From NCBI GenBank assembly GCA_963735805.1, contig CAVTMK010000002.1, forward strand, positions 128,001-192,000: DNA of 64,000 nt. Direction: 5' to 3'. The stretch comes from an uncultured Verrucomicrobiae bacterium (lineage in GTDB: Bacteria > Verrucomicrobiota > Verrucomicrobiia > Chthoniobacterales > UBA10450). The notes under the pieces were generated by a model, which saw nothing but the letters and a program-made list of their open reading frames with translations, was not told the origin of the DNA and did no database searches. The number at the start of each line of letters is the position of its first letter. The stretch's first letter is position 1. Shown one piece after another: positions 1 through 10,468 of this stretch. The position numbers and the translations under genes are program-made.

Positions 1-2
1 AC

Positions 3-1115
3 GGTATTCGTGATGGCCTTGAGCTCGTTGTTGAAAACGGAAAAATCTCCGCAATCGACAAGAAGACCCACAAACAAGGGAAAGAGACTGTCGATCTTCG
101 CGGGAATTATCTCGCGCCCGGCTTCATTGATCTCCACGTCCACGGCGCGATGGGGCGCGACACTATGGAAGGCTGCACGGAGGCGTTTCAAACCATCTGC
201 GAGTATCATGCCAGCGGCGGCACGACTTCGCTTTTGCTGACAACGGCGACCGCGCCGCTCGATAGCATAGCAGATGTTCTCAATGCCGTCGGTGACTGTC
301 GCCGTTCGATCAAACGGATTGCGGGTGTCCATGTCGAGGGGCCGTTTATTTCGAAGGACAAATGTGGCGCGCAACGCGCTGAATTTATCCAAAATCCCTC
401 GCAAGCTTCAGTCCAGCAACTACTCGACCACGCAGACGTGATAAAGCGAATTACCATCGCACCCGAGTTACAGGGAGCGCCTGGGGCAATTGAGAATTTC
501 CACGCGCACCGCATCAGTGTCAGCGGAGGCCATAGTGATGCATGGGACGAGGAGGCACGAGAAGGTTTCGCCCGAGGTATGCGTAGCGTTACACACACTT
601 TCAACTGCATGTCGAGCGCGCGTCACCGTGGCATTTATCGTGTTGGTGGTTTACTCGAGTTTGCATTAAGCGAGCCGCAGATCAGTTGCGAACTGATCGC
701 CGACGGTCATCACGTTTCCGGGACGTTGATGAAAATGCTGTATCGCGCAAAAGGCGCTGGCGGGATTTGTCTGGTAACCGATGCCACCGCCGGGGCTGGA
801 TTGCCGAGCGGATCGCGTTTCTCACTTTTCGGAAAGGATTGCCTCGTAGAAGATGGTGTTTGTTTGCTTGCCGACCGCTCAGCGCTTGCCGGTAGCGCTT
901 CACGCATGATCGACCTTGTGCGCACGATGGTCGCGAAAGTAGACATTCCATTGCATGAAGCCGTTATGATGGCGACGCAAAGTCCTGCGCGTGCCGTGAA
1001 CCTAGAAGCAAAAGGCCGCCTCGAGATCGGCGCAGATGCAGATTTGGTTGTTCTCTCGCCGCAATTGGAGGTCGTGCAAACGTTCGCTTGTGGCGAGGAA
1101 ATCTGGACCGATTAA
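3..1115 (+). CDS. nagA: N-acetylglucosamine-6-phosphate deacetylase (5' end outside window)
   Basis: Frame is open from base 3 and reads ...PGFIDLHVHG, then GVHVEGPF, APE, GHS, THTFNCM, ADGHH, LVTDA and LAGS motifs. Confidence 0.92.
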   Translation, partial: GIRDGLELVVENGKISAIDKKTHKQGKETVDLRGNYLAPGFIDLHVHGAMGRDTMEGCTEAFQTICEYHASGGTTSLLLTTATAPLDSIADVLNAVGDCRRSIKRIAGVHVEGPFISKDKCGAQRAEFIQNPSQASVQQLLDHADVIKRITIAPELQGAPGAIENFHAHRISVSGGHSDAWDEEAREGFARGMRSVTHTFNCMSSARHRGIYRVGGLLEFALSEPQISCELIADGHHVSGTLMKMLYRAKGAGGICLVTDATAGAGLPSGSRFSLFGKDCLVEDGVCLLADRSALAGSASRMIDLVRTMVAKVDIPLHEAVMMATQSPARAVNLEAKGRLEIGADADLVVLSPQLEVVQTFACGEEIWTD

Positions 1116-1135
1116 CTCAGCGATCTAATACGAAG

Positions 1136-2236
1136 TTAGATCGATATTAGGAACTCCGCGATATCAAGCGAAGCACGCGGCCGGCTGAGCTTGCTGATAT
1201 TCGTGGACCATTCGTGCCATTGTCGTGCGCTGTCGGCAAACGTGCGTTGCACCTCTGCAATGACCTCTCGCGGCGAATTTGCGATGGCACCCGAATTTGT
1301 CTCGACGATCAGCCGGGCGTTGCCTTCCTCCTGCCCGGCGACGACATAATTGATGATCATCGGACAACCAGCAGCGATCGTTTCCTGCACCGTTGCGCCC
1401 CCGGCCTTTCCGATGAGCAAATGACTCTCATGAAGCATGCGGGCAAGGTCATCGGTCCAACCAACGACCTTTGCCCTGTCCCCGACAGCGGCTTGGATCT
1501 CCGGCAGGAGTGTGTCGGCACGGCCGATGGTCACGGTGAGATCGACTCCCAGATCGGAAAGTCGCTGCGCTAGTTCGGGTGCGCCGCGAGTGGCCGCATG
1601 TATCATGTATAAAACGCGGTGATTGGAGTTGGCTGGAGGCAATATCCGATTCAACTCCGCGGCGTCAGCAAATTTCGGACTTACTGGAAAACCGAACACC
1701 TTGATTTTTTGCGGTGCCACCCCCGTTTCTCTCAAGACGGAGGCGCTCTGTTCGTTCGCAACGATGAAATAGTCTGCGCCGCATCGATACCATACTGAGT
1801 TGATGGTGATTGAATCCGTGATTACGACAACGGTTTTGGAGGTGCGAAAGCAATCGGCGTTTCGTTCTTGAATTTGACGAAGCAGATTCGGATAGGCTGG
1901 AAAAGTACAAATCATCACGTCCGGTTGAAAACGCTCCAGCAATACGGCGAAGTGATCCTCGAGCCGCGAGAATCGCGCGAATTCTGCATCGAAATCCTTT
2001 TTGCGATCGAGCCAGCGGTAAACGGCGCCCCAGGCGCCAGGTGCGAAATTAACCAGCGCCAGATAGCTTTTTCGCACGAGCTCGTTCACCGGCCCGTAGG
2101 CTTCCGCAAACAAGTCGTGTAATTCGACCTCTGTCCCTTCTGGGGCAACGCGAGCCAGACCATCGCGAATTCCTCGCGCAGCGCTGTTGTGACCTTCCCC
2201 GAAACTCGCCGTGAGGATCAATATTCGTTTTTTCAC
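1136..2236 (-). CDS. MGDG synthase / UgtP-like diacylglycerol glycosyltransferase (GT28)
   Basis: N-terminal ILTASFGEGHNSAA, VITD, KAGGAT and GQEEGNA motifs. Confidence 0.85.
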   Translation of the reverse strand: MKKRILILTASFGEGHNSAARGIRDGLARVAPEGTEVELHDLFAEAYGPVNELVRKSYLALVNFAPGAWGAVYRWLDRKKDFDAEFARFSRLEDHFAVLLERFQPDVMICTFPAYPNLLRQIQERNADCFRTSKTVVVITDSITINSVWYRCGADYFIVANEQSASVLRETGVAPQKIKVFGFPVSPKFADAAELNRILPPANSNHRVLYMIHAATRGAPELAQRLSDLGVDLTVTIGRADTLLPEIQAAVGDRAKVVGWTDDLARMLHESHLLIGKAGGATVQETIAAGCPMIINYVVAGQEEGNARLIVETNSGAIANSPREVIAEVQRTFADSARQWHEWSTNISKLSRPRASLDIAEFLISI

Positions 2237-2272
2237 GCAGCCTCAGGGTCGCACTGGCGAGCCATTTCGTAA

Positions 2273-2398
2273 TGTCATTCCGATCCCGCAGGCGCGGGAG
2301 AAGAATCCCGGATCATTGGTGAGAAGGTACGCCCAGTAGTCGTGCCTACGCGTGCAGTGGGAAATACTCGGAGAGGTTTCGCTTCGTTTAGCATGACA
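2273..2398. repeat. Palindromic intergenic repeat (TGTCATTCCG...ATGACA type), degenerate
   Basis: TGTCATTCCGA...GAATCCC left arm and TTTCGCTTCGTTTAGCATGACA right arm; related to the copy at 4785-4860. Confidence 0.55.
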
Positions 2399-2412
2399 GT
2401 GGAGCGAGTTTA

Positions 2413-3343
2413 ATGGATATTTGGATCGGGCAAAGTAAACTCTGGATGGAGATGAAATATCTCGGGTTCATTTGGCGCGTACTTCGCCGTTTGGTCTGGG
2501 AAACGGCAACCGACACCACGACCGGGTTGGCCGCCCAGATGGCGTATCTGCTTCTTTTTGCGTTGGCACCGGGATCGCTGTTCCTCTGGCATCTGCTGGG
2601 TTTGTTCGGGTACTGACCCGACGAAGTTGCATCGGATGTTTCTTCTCTTGAAAAGCTTCATGCCGCCAGACCCGAAAGTGCAGGACATTCTGGATTCTGC
2701 GATGGCGAATGTGGTGGTGACAGGCTCGAGTGGACTGCTCGCGAACGCGGGCATTATCCTCGGAATTTATTGCGGCACGGTCTTCATTGCGACCACCTCA
2801 CGCGCCCTCAGCCACACCTACGGAATGCGGGAAGATCCCCATTGGTGGTCGAAGTATATCATCTCATTTTTCATGCTGTTTTGGTTTGGGATCGTCATTG
2901 TGTTCTCCTTCAACGCAATCGTCTTTGGCGAACGCCTGGCCGGTCTTGCAGAAGTCAATTTTCAGCTGGCCTTTCCGTTGCAAGCGTGGATCGCCACGCT
3001 GAATTTGCCTTTTACATTTGTGGCGCTGGTACTTCTCGCGCTGGTATTGTACCTGTTCACACCGGAAAATTATCTGACCTGGCGCCAGGCGTTGCCCGGC
3101 GCGATCTTCTTTTCGGTCGGCTGGATCATCGCGACGAAGCTTTTTCAGTTTTATGTAGCGAGATATGATCGCTATAACCCGACGTACCTCGCACTGGCGT
3201 CCATCATTGTGCTGCTCACCTGGATGTATCTGACTTGTCTGTTGCTTTTGCTGGGCGGCAAACTGAACGCCATTCTTCGGCGCGAACGCGAAAAAATGCG
3301 CCCGGCTGCGCCTGTTGCACCGGAACCAGTGGCGACGAGTTAA
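2413..3343 (+). pseudogene. YihY/BrkB family membrane protein, split by a +1 frameshift near 2608-2611
   Basis: The N-terminal GLAAQMAY..LFALAP motif is in ORF 2413-2616 and the rest (ALPGA...YN.TY..LASIIVLL.WMY) in ORF 2558-3343. Removing one G from TTCGGGTACT fuses them. Could be a sequencing error. Confidence 0.75.
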
Positions 3344-3404
3344 AGAGTTACAAGGTTAAAAGGGAAGCGATGATCAACGTTTGTAACTTTTTTAAACGAA
3401 TCCA

Positions 3405-4763
3405 TTGATCGCGCCGCGCGCTCTGTTACGGTCCGTCGCAGTGGTGCGCTTTCGCATTTGGCTCACAACTGCGCTCGCCTCTGGCGCAATCGTTGCAGGT
3501 CTCCTTCGCGCGCAGGTCAGCGACGAAGAAAAAAGCCGACACGACGAATCCGAACAAACCGAGACGCATTCTTCGCCGGTCCCAAAATCCAAAAAATCTT
3601 CGAGCCCGGCGGCGAAAGCCTCGAAGGACAAATCGGAAAAGAAACACAGGATTCCTGCACGCAACGCTTCGCATAGCGATGCAGGTGGGTCTGCAACCCC
3701 GGAAAAAGCGCCAACGGCTATTCCTCACGCAAAATTAGCGAAAGAAGAGTCGACCGACGATAGCGCGTCGCAGGACGAACGGGAATCTCCACGACCTCGC
3801 AAAGCAAAACTGGCGCCAAAATCTGGCGACGACGAAAAGCCAACACCCCGGGAGACGCCTGAGCACGGCGCTTCATCAAAATCAAAGAGGCATCACACCC
3901 CTACGCCCAAACCGAAAACGGCGAAGAAAAAATCCCAAGAGAAAGATGCCTCAGGCAAATCGAAGAAGACGGGGAAAACCAAGACTGCACAACAAGAAGA
4001 GGAAACACCGAAGCCCAAAAAATCGCCAACACCCAGCGAGGAAGAGAGGGCGTCGTCAGAGAGCTCGCCACAAGCGCGGGCTATTGCCGTGCCCACGCCG
4101 GCGCCAACGCCGCAATCAAAAGCTGCAAGCACTGTCGGACGCGGCGAGCGAGCTCAGGTTGTGATCGAAAAGTCCGGTATTGAGGAAGATCAGGGCTTTG
4201 AGCCACCGCCATCACCTCCGCCGAGACGAGGTTTCTGGCCATGGTCCCACAGCTCGGGCAACTATCGTTATTTAACCCGATCCGTGATCGACGCGATCCG
4301 ACGCGCGCCAGTTAAACGGCGTCGCTGGCAATTCATCGTGGTGCATAATAGCGGCACGCGGCAGGGAAACGCCCGCGTCTTCGATTATTACCATCGGCAT
4401 GTCCGCCGGATGCAGAATGGTCTCGCCTATCATTTCGTCATTGGGAATGGAACATCCACGGGGAACGGCCAAATCGAAATAGGCGATCGCTGGCGCCGCC
4501 AGATCAATGGCGGGCATGTGCACAGCGATTATCTAAACAACATCTCACTCGGTATTTGTCTGGTAGGCGATTTCAATCGCGACCAGCCAACGCGCGCGCA
4601 GCTTGACTCATGTGAGGAACTCATCCGCTATCTGCGAGAACGTTGCGGCAAAACCGACAGAGGCACGATTCCTGTGCGGCCACACCGTGAAATGAATCCA
4701 CCCCGTTGGCCGACCGATTGCCCGGGAGACGATTTTCCGTACTCGTGGTTTCGCAGGTTTTAA
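3405..4763 (+). CDS. N-acetylmuramoyl-L-alanine amidase (Amidase_2/PGRP-like) with long K/S/E/P-rich N-terminal linker
   Basis: IVVHNSG, YHFVIGNG, GICLVGDF, HRE and T.CPG motifs; hydrophobic N-terminus. Confidence 0.85.
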   Translation: MIAPRALLRSVAVVRFRIWLTTALASGAIVAGLLRAQVSDEEKSRHDESEQTETHSSPVPKSKKSSSPAAKASKDKSEKKHRIPARNASHSDAGGSATPEKAPTAIPHAKLAKEESTDDSASQDERESPRPRKAKLAPKSGDDEKPTPRETPEHGASSKSKRHHTPTPKPKTAKKKSQEKDASGKSKKTGKTKTAQQEEETPKPKKSPTPSEEERASSESSPQARAIAVPTPAPTPQSKAASTVGRGERAQVVIEKSGIEEDQGFEPPPSPPPRRGFWPWSHSSGNYRYLTRSVIDAIRRAPVKRRRWQFIVVHNSGTRQGNARVFDYYHRHVRRMQNGLAYHFVIGNGTSTGNGQIEIGDRWRRQINGGHVHSDYLNNISLGICLVGDFNRDQPTRAQLDSCEELIRYLRERCGKTDRGTIPVRPHREMNPPRWPTDCPGDDFPYSWFRRF

Positions 4764-4784
4764 GGGTGAGGTTCGCGTTTCCTA

Positions 4785-4860
4785 TCATGTCGAGCGAACT
4801 CGAGATATCTCTAATTATTTCTGGAATAAAGAGATTCCTCGACTCCGCTCGGAATGACAA
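4785..4860. repeat. Palindromic intergenic repeat between convergent genes
   Basis: TCATGTCGAGCGAACTCGAGATATCTCT...AGAGATTCCTCGACTCCGCTCGGAATGACA imperfect inverted repeat. Confidence 0.65.
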
Positions 4861-4869
4861 AATCCATCG

Positions 4870-6024
4870 TCACTTCCGTTCCGCCAGGATTAAATTGGCT
4901 TCCTTGTAGTTCCAGCGATAACCGAATCCGAAGTCGAGCGGAGGAGGATTGCCTTGCCGAAAAATCTCCTGGAGCCTGGGCTGATAATGTTGTTTGAAGA
5001 TATCGAGTGGGCCGAGGTAAACGCCAAAAAGACGCAGGTTCCACTTGCTTGGATCGAAATAAGCAAGGGGAATTCCGGAATCGTCCTGCACGATCCGGTT
5101 GCTATGTTCGAGAATGAAATTCCGGATCGTCGCGAAACCCTGTTCGAACATGAGATACGACGAAGATTTCAGAAAACTCGAGCCGGTTCCAAGTCGTTGA
5201 CAAAATTTCAAGAACCCGGGCGCTGACTTGATACCGCCATCGGAAATATCGGTCGTGAAATAATACAATGTTTGTGAATTGCCCGATTGATTGTCGGTAT
5301 AACGGATTCGCACTCCGGGAGTGCTGCCGCCTTTTTTTCCGGGGGCGGCCTCTTCAAATGCCCCGTTGCTGTTGAGCGAGCCAAAGCTCACGTTCGTGAT
5401 CGATTTGTCGGCGCGCACGATAAAAACATAGAGAATCGGCAACACGCCATTCAGGTTTTGTTGTTGCAGATCAACCTTCATGTCTTTGGTGATGAAGTAG
5501 GTCGTGTTGAGCGAGGACCTCATCGCATTTTCGAGATTTCCCAGCGCCCCGGCGAGATTCGCAATGCGCAACGGATCGGGCGGCGGCCCCATTGATTCCT
5601 TCCCACAAAGCACGTACACCGAAGCGTTGGGGAAGAATTGATCGACGTACAAGAAATCCGGTCCACTGAACATATAAAATGCGACCGGAGTCGGCTGCTG
5701 CGCCAGCTCAGGAAGATAGGTGGCCTCCCACGCGTGCAGCTTTTGAAGTTGGCGGAGATTCAGCTTGGAGAACTCCTTTTCAAAAAACGCGGAGTGTTCC
5801 TGCCAAGCCGGATCGCGTGTGAGCGGTGCGAGCGGAGAATTCTCCGGAACGGGCATCCCGGCAAGGAAGCGCGCGATATCGTTGGGACCCGCCATGGCCG
5901 CCTGTGGTGGCGGTCTGACGGGAATCGCGCGAGGCGCAATTTGTGGATTTTCCTGCGCGGAAGCACCAATGGCTGCTGCGGCGGTCAGTCCGATGATCAA
6001 CAAGGTCAGGTTTCTTTTCATCAT
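4870..6024 (-). CDS. Secreted conserved hypothetical protein, translationally coupled to the upstream permease
   Basis: ATG at 6024 overlaps the permease TGA (ATGA); signal peptide MMKRNLTLLIIGL..ASA; YMFSGPD, FLKSSSYL and QDDSGIP blocks. Confidence 0.75.
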   Translation of the reverse strand: MMKRNLTLLIIGLTAAAAIGASAQENPQIAPRAIPVRPPPQAAMAGPNDIARFLAGMPVPENSPLAPLTRDPAWQEHSAFFEKEFSKLNLRQLQKLHAWEATYLPELAQQPTPVAFYMFSGPDFLYVDQFFPNASVYVLCGKESMGPPPDPLRIANLAGALGNLENAMRSSLNTTYFITKDMKVDLQQQNLNGVLPILYVFIVRADKSITNVSFGSLNSNGAFEEAAPGKKGGSTPGVRIRYTDNQSGNSQTLYYFTTDISDGGIKSAPGFLKFCQRLGTGSSFLKSSSYLMFEQGFATIRNFILEHSNRIVQDDSGIPLAYFDPSKWNLRLFGVYLGPLDIFKQHYQPRLQEIFRQGNPPPLDFGFGYRWNYKEANLILAERK

Positions 6025-7502
6025 GAGCGTTGTGGACGCCTTCGCGCGCAAAAATAGAGCAACAGACCAACGAATGCGGTTGCGAGTCCCGCGAGCGATT
6101 GAATGGTCTTCGAAAGTAACAGGTAAAACATCATCCAAAGGGTGATGGCGGAGAAGATAGCCGGGGGTATCGGATAAGCCCAAACCCGGTAAGGCCGTGC
6201 TATTTCCGGACGCGTCGCACGCAGCACCATCACGCCCACCACGGTAAACAGCGAGCAGAGCAACAAGCTAAACTGGGTGTATTGCACCACGCTCTCAAAA
6301 CTGCGCGTGAGCAAAAGCACATTGACGATGAGCAATTGGAGTACCATCGCGTTGGTGGGAATGCCGTGAGAATTCTTCCGGCCAAGCGTTCGCAACAACC
6401 AATGATCTTCGCCCATCGACATGCTGACGCGCGGTCCGATCCACGTCATCGAGCTGATTGCGGAAACCAGGCCGAGGCAAATTACCGCGCCGGCCACGCG
6501 TCCGCCGTTTGTTCCAAAAATATGTTTGCCCGCGATCAAGGCCACTTGAAGCTGGCCTTTCAGTTCCTGGACCGGCGTCGTGGCCAGGAAGACAGCGTTA
6601 AGTAGCACGTAGATCACGACCACAATGCCGGTTCCCATCAGCAATGAACGTGGCACATTTTTTTCCGGCTTCTTAATTTCGCCAGTGATATAGGCCGCTG
6701 CGTTCCAACCAGAGTATGAGTACATCACGTAAACCAGGGCCACTGCGAACGGCGCGCCGAAGATCGCGATCGTATCGCCGTGTGCGGGGAAGAAACTGAT
6801 GGGCTGCTTTGTGTTCGCAAACAATCCGGTGGTGATGAGGGCGCCAATCAGAAGCAATTTCACGAGCGTGGAGAGATTTTGAAACGCGCTGCCAATGCGG
6901 AGGTTTCCGAGATGAAAAGCCGTTACTACCCATACAACGACAAATGACAAAAGCACCGGCGAGCCGACTCCAAAGACGCCAACAAAATACTCCCCAAACG
7001 CCATCGCGGCGAGCGCGATAGGCGCAGCGAAACCAACTGTAGCGGAAATAAACCCCGCCATGAATCCGAACGCGGGATGATAGATTTGCGATAGAAAATT
7101 GTATTCCCCGCCAGAACGCGGGAGCGCGGCGCTGAGTTCGCCATAACAGAGGGCACCGCAAAGCGCCACGATTCCGCCAATGATCCAAAGCATGAGGAGC
7201 GGGAAGCCCGCCTGAATATCTACCAATTGAAAACCGAGACTGGTGAAGATGCCGGTGCCGATAATGTTGGCAATAACGATGGAAGATGCCGTGAGGAATC
7301 CAATAGTCCGCTTCGGAGGTCGGGACTTCACGGGTTCAGCGACTGTGGTCATCTCTGGATCGATAATCCCAAGATTATCGGGACTCGCGAATTCTTTCGA
7401 ATTGGTATTCAGGTTCATGATTGGTTCCGCGTCGGCGGAAACAAGTCGCGACATGCCGGTCGCGGTCGGAAAATTTGCTGATGGTTTAGAGTGAGGACGC
7501 AA
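6021..7502 (-). CDS. APC-superfamily amino acid permease (true start probably 7352 or 7418)
   Basis: IIGTGIF, YGELSAALPRSGGEY and YSYSGWN motifs; about 12 TM segments. Confidence 0.9.
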   Translation of the reverse strand: MRPHSKPSANFPTATGMSRLVSADAEPIMNLNTNSKEFASPDNLGIIDPEMTTVAEPVKSRPPKRTIGFLTASSIVIANIIGTGIFTSLGFQLVDIQAGFPLLMLWIIGGIVALCGALCYGELSAALPRSGGEYNFLSQIYHPAFGFMAGFISATVGFAAPIALAAMAFGEYFVGVFGVGSPVLLSFVVVWVVTAFHLGNLRIGSAFQNLSTLVKLLLIGALITTGLFANTKQPISFFPAHGDTIAIFGAPFAVALVYVMYSYSGWNAAAYITGEIKKPEKNVPRSLLMGTGIVVVIYVLLNAVFLATTPVQELKGQLQVALIAGKHIFGTNGGRVAGAVICLGLVSAISSMTWIGPRVSMSMGEDHWLLRTLGRKNSHGIPTNAMVLQLLIVNVLLLTRSFESVVQYTQFSLLLCSLFTVVGVMVLRATRPEIARPYRVWAYPIPPAIFSAITLWMMFYLLLSKTIQSLAGLATAFVGLLLYFCARRRPQRS

Positions 7503-7562
7503 TCACGGCTTCGGATTTCCTGAGTTGTCAGAAACCATTCCCGGCATCACTTTGAACGTAAC

Positions 7563-7976
7563 ATGAACCCTTCGCTCTCCATCGAAACGGGCACCCAACT
7601 CGCGGTCTTTCTTGCAAATCGTCCGGGAGCGCTTGCGCGCGTGTGTGAAGCGCTGGCGAAAGCCGAAATTAATATCCACGCGCTGGCTACGTCCGACACA
7701 GTCGATCATACAGTGGTGCGCATGGTGGTAAGCGATCCAACGAAGGCGCTCATGCTCCTGGGCGAGGCGGGCACGCTCGCGCTGGAGACCGAAGTGTTGA
7801 TGATCGAAACCACGAGTCAACCAGGTGTCCTGGCGAAAATCGCCGAGCGCCTCGCAGAAGCCAAGGTCAATATCGAATACGCATATCTTGCCGGCGGCCG
7901 AGGTACTGAAAAGGGTCTGATGGTTTTGCGGCCGTCGGATGTCGAAAAAGCGATGCGTGTCCTTCAGGATTTGTAG
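7563..7976 (+). CDS. Tandem ACT-domain protein
   Basis: NRPGALA...AEINI and QPGVLA...VNIEYAY ACT motifs. Confidence 0.85.
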   Translation: MNPSLSIETGTQLAVFLANRPGALARVCEALAKAEINIHALATSDTVDHTVVRMVVSDPTKALMLLGEAGTLALETEVLMIETTSQPGVLAKIAERLAEAKVNIEYAYLAGGRGTEKGLMVLRPSDVEKAMRVLQDL

Positions 7977-7978
7977 GG

Positions 7979-8332
7979 CTAGCTCTCATCAATTTGCCCG
8001 GACCTTGAACGCTGATCGTGGTCAGCTTCGTCGATGCCTTCCTGAATTAATTTCTCCGGGATGTTGTCCTCATCTTCGGGACGCACCGTCGGAGCTTTCT
8101 CGCCGGACGATACAAGTGGCGTGTACCAATCGCGATCCGGTTCCTCGCTCGTCGGCGTCTTTTCCGGGCCGCCGGTCAGGTCCCCGCGCGCACGCGTCCG
8201 GTCGACGTCATTTGCTTCCGTACGTCCATCAGCCCGCGCCAGCTCGTGCGCGCGCCCTTCGATCATTTGCGGCGTGACAGCTCCTAGTCCTTCAATTCCA
8301 CGAAGGATTTTTCTCTGTTGTGTTTTACCCAT
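7979..8332 (-). CDS. Hypothetical protein (acidic)
   Basis: ATG ORF that fits the space between neighbouring genes; natural-looking composition. Confidence 0.6.
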   Translation of the reverse strand: MGKTQQRKILRGIEGLGAVTPQMIEGRAHELARADGRTEANDVDRTRARGDLTGGPEKTPTSEEPDRDWYTPLVSSGEKAPTVRPEDEDNIPEKLIQEGIDEADHDQRSRSGQIDES

Positions 8333-8386
8333 AGTTCTATTGAAAGTTCGCGTCGGATGCGGCCCGCGGCTGGGTTCCGTCGATGT

Positions 8387-8421
8387 AAAAAAAGCGCCCC
8401 GCCTTTCGGCGGAGCGCTTTT
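8387..8421. terminator. Intrinsic terminator for the 8441-8983 gene (possibly bidirectional)
   Basis: AAAAAAAGCGCCCCGCC-TTTC-GGCGGAGCGCTTTT hairpin with A/T tracts on both sides. Confidence 0.75.
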
Positions 8422-8440
8422 ATGCCGCGCACAGGCTGCG

Positions 8441-8983
8441 CTAGTCAACTTCAATAAACTCTGGATCGCCTGCGCAGATCACCCGTTCCGTGTATACAAA
8501 GCCGTCCACGTCAACTGCGACCCAGCAGCCGTCCACGAAAGCGAAGTAGGTGTTGCCGATCAACCGGAAATGGTTCGCCCCGAATTTTTGGACGAAAAAC
8601 TCCTTCGGATGCCGTCCAAGACTGAACACTTCGCTGTGACGCGACTTGAATTCTTGCACGTTTACCTTTGTGGATTGATGCACGTTCGTCTGATTCGTGC
8701 TCCTCACGTTCGTTTCGTTCGTGCTGGAACGTGCTTCAGGTGCATTCTTTTTTATCTCCTGAGGGCGACCTTTAATGTTCGTCTGTGGTCCACGTACGTT
8801 TGTCCCCGTCTCAGGTTTTGCCTTTGTGTTGCCCGGCTCCTGCTCGGGAGCCATTTTCTTTCCTTTCACAGGCGCAGTAGTCTGCGGTTCGTTAGTCTGC
8901 CCCTGTGTCTGTTGTGGCTCCGCATTCTGGCCTAAGGCCATGAGCGGTAACCCCAATACCACTGTTAGTGTTAGTATCTTCAT
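8441..8983 (-). CDS. Secreted hypothetical protein (low-complexity N-terminus, small C-terminal domain)
   Basis: AAGGGG RBS, MKILTLTVVLGLPLMALG signal peptide, followed by the terminator. Confidence 0.7.
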   Translation of the reverse strand: MKILTLTVVLGLPLMALGQNAEPQQTQGQTNEPQTTAPVKGKKMAPEQEPGNTKAKPETGTNVRGPQTNIKGRPQEIKKNAPEARSSTNETNVRSTNQTNVHQSTKVNVQEFKSRHSEVFSLGRHPKEFFVQKFGANHFRLIGNTYFAFVDGCWVAVDVDGFVYTERVICAGDPEFIEVD

Positions 8984-9168
8984 TATTTCCCCTTTCATCC
9001 CTATAGTTCGTATCCCAAAAAGTTTTGGCCCTGTTCGTAAGCCAATCTCGTGCCGCTGCTGCTCTTGGACTTGGGAAATCATTTTTTCGATTAACGATTC
9101 AACGATTTGAAAGTTCCACCGTTCCGCTCAGCGCATTTCATTACCGAAAGGCGATTTAATTCGAGAAC

Positions 9169-9852
9169 ATGCTTTTACTCTCTGTGCTCGGTTTCATCTT
9201 CGACATTGACGGTACCCTGGTCGATTCCAATGAGCTGCACGTCGATTCCTGGGATCGCGCGTTTCGCCGGTTCGGCAAACAATTTTCTCGGGAAAAGTTA
9301 CGCGCCCAGATCGGGAAAGGCTCCGATCAATATTTACCTGAATTTCTTACACCGACCGAGATCAAACGTTTCGGTAAAGAGCTGGATGATTACCGATCCG
9401 TTTTGTTCAGAAAAGAATATCTCCCAAGAGTGCGACCGTTTCCCAAAGTGCATGAACTTTTTCAGCGGATTCGTGACGACAACAAACGGATCGTGCTCGC
9501 CAGCTCGGGCAAAAAGGCCGACACAAAATATTACGTCGATCTTCTAAAGATCGGCGATCTCATCGACGGTTATGTTTCGGGTGACGATGCCGACAGTTCC
9601 AAGCCTGCGCCGGATATCTTTGCGGCGTCATTAAAAAAGCTTGGCGATATTTCGCCTGGAGACGCTGTGACGGTCGGTGACACAAGATTCGACGTCGAAG
9701 CCGCTGGGAAAGCGGGTATCAAAACCATCGCATTTCTCTGTGGTGGAACACCCGAATCAGTGTTGCGCGAAGGCGGTGCAATCGCCATCTACAGTGATCC
9801 CGCCGATTTTCTCGCGCATTACGATGAGCTGGTGACATTGAATAGCCGCTGA
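9169..9852 (+). CDS. HAD-family hydrolase
   Basis: FDIDGTLVDS, LASS, KPAPD and VGDT.FD motifs. Confidence 0.9.
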   Translation: MLLLSVLGFIFDIDGTLVDSNELHVDSWDRAFRRFGKQFSREKLRAQIGKGSDQYLPEFLTPTEIKRFGKELDDYRSVLFRKEYLPRVRPFPKVHELFQRIRDDNKRIVLASSGKKADTKYYVDLLKIGDLIDGYVSGDDADSSKPAPDIFAASLKKLGDISPGDAVTVGDTRFDVEAAGKAGIKTIAFLCGGTPESVLREGGAIAIYSDPADFLAHYDELVTLNSR

Positions 9853-9907
9853 ACGTTGAGCGAAGCCTGGTTAACTTTTCAACTCTGCAACCCTTCAACG
9901 ATCCCCC

Positions 9908-10354
9908 GTGTCTCGCCGTCGTAAACACAGCTTTCTTTACCGCCATTCGCTTACCCTTGTCGCAGTCGGTCTCCTTATTGTCTGGATATTGGGTTACCGA
10001 ATGTTCGATCCGAAAACGCATTTGGGCGCATTTTTTGGAAACGCCATTGCTGACTGGAGCGGCTCGGTTGTCATTATTCTCGGCACAAAATTTCTCTATG
10101 AAGTGGGCTCATCAGAAAGTCGCCCTGTCAAAGGAAAGGAGCGTCCAGCCTGGTTAAACACGCTGCACCGGCATTCGCTCCTGATTTTCATAATCGTGAC
10201 CGGGATCGGCTGGACGATTTTGTTTATGCGAATGAACGCCGACAGCAAATGGGGCCAGGTGGTAGGCAACATCGTGTCGGAATGGGTTCAAATGGCCGGC
10301 CTCGTCTTCCTAACCAAACGATTAGTGGAGATCGGTTCCAAGGAAAGTAAGTGA
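9908..10354 (+). CDS. Hypothetical membrane protein with internal duplication
   Basis: Two similar halves (RHSL...GN.I/V.D/EW...TK.L.E.GS.ES); 4 TM segments. Confidence 0.7.
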   Translation: MSRRRKHSFLYRHSLTLVAVGLLIVWILGYRMFDPKTHLGAFFGNAIADWSGSVVIILGTKFLYEVGSSESRPVKGKERPAWLNTLHRHSLLIFIIVTGIGWTILFMRMNADSKWGQVVGNIVSEWVQMAGLVFLTKRLVEIGSKESK

Positions 10355-10468
10355 CAAACTGTACCCAGCCTGCTCGCGAAGGATTTCGGAGCTGGCGATG
10401 ACTGCGGTGTCACGCGCGTGTTTGTTGTGCGTCAAACGCTGTGATCAGGGAGCCACTGCAATCCGCGA

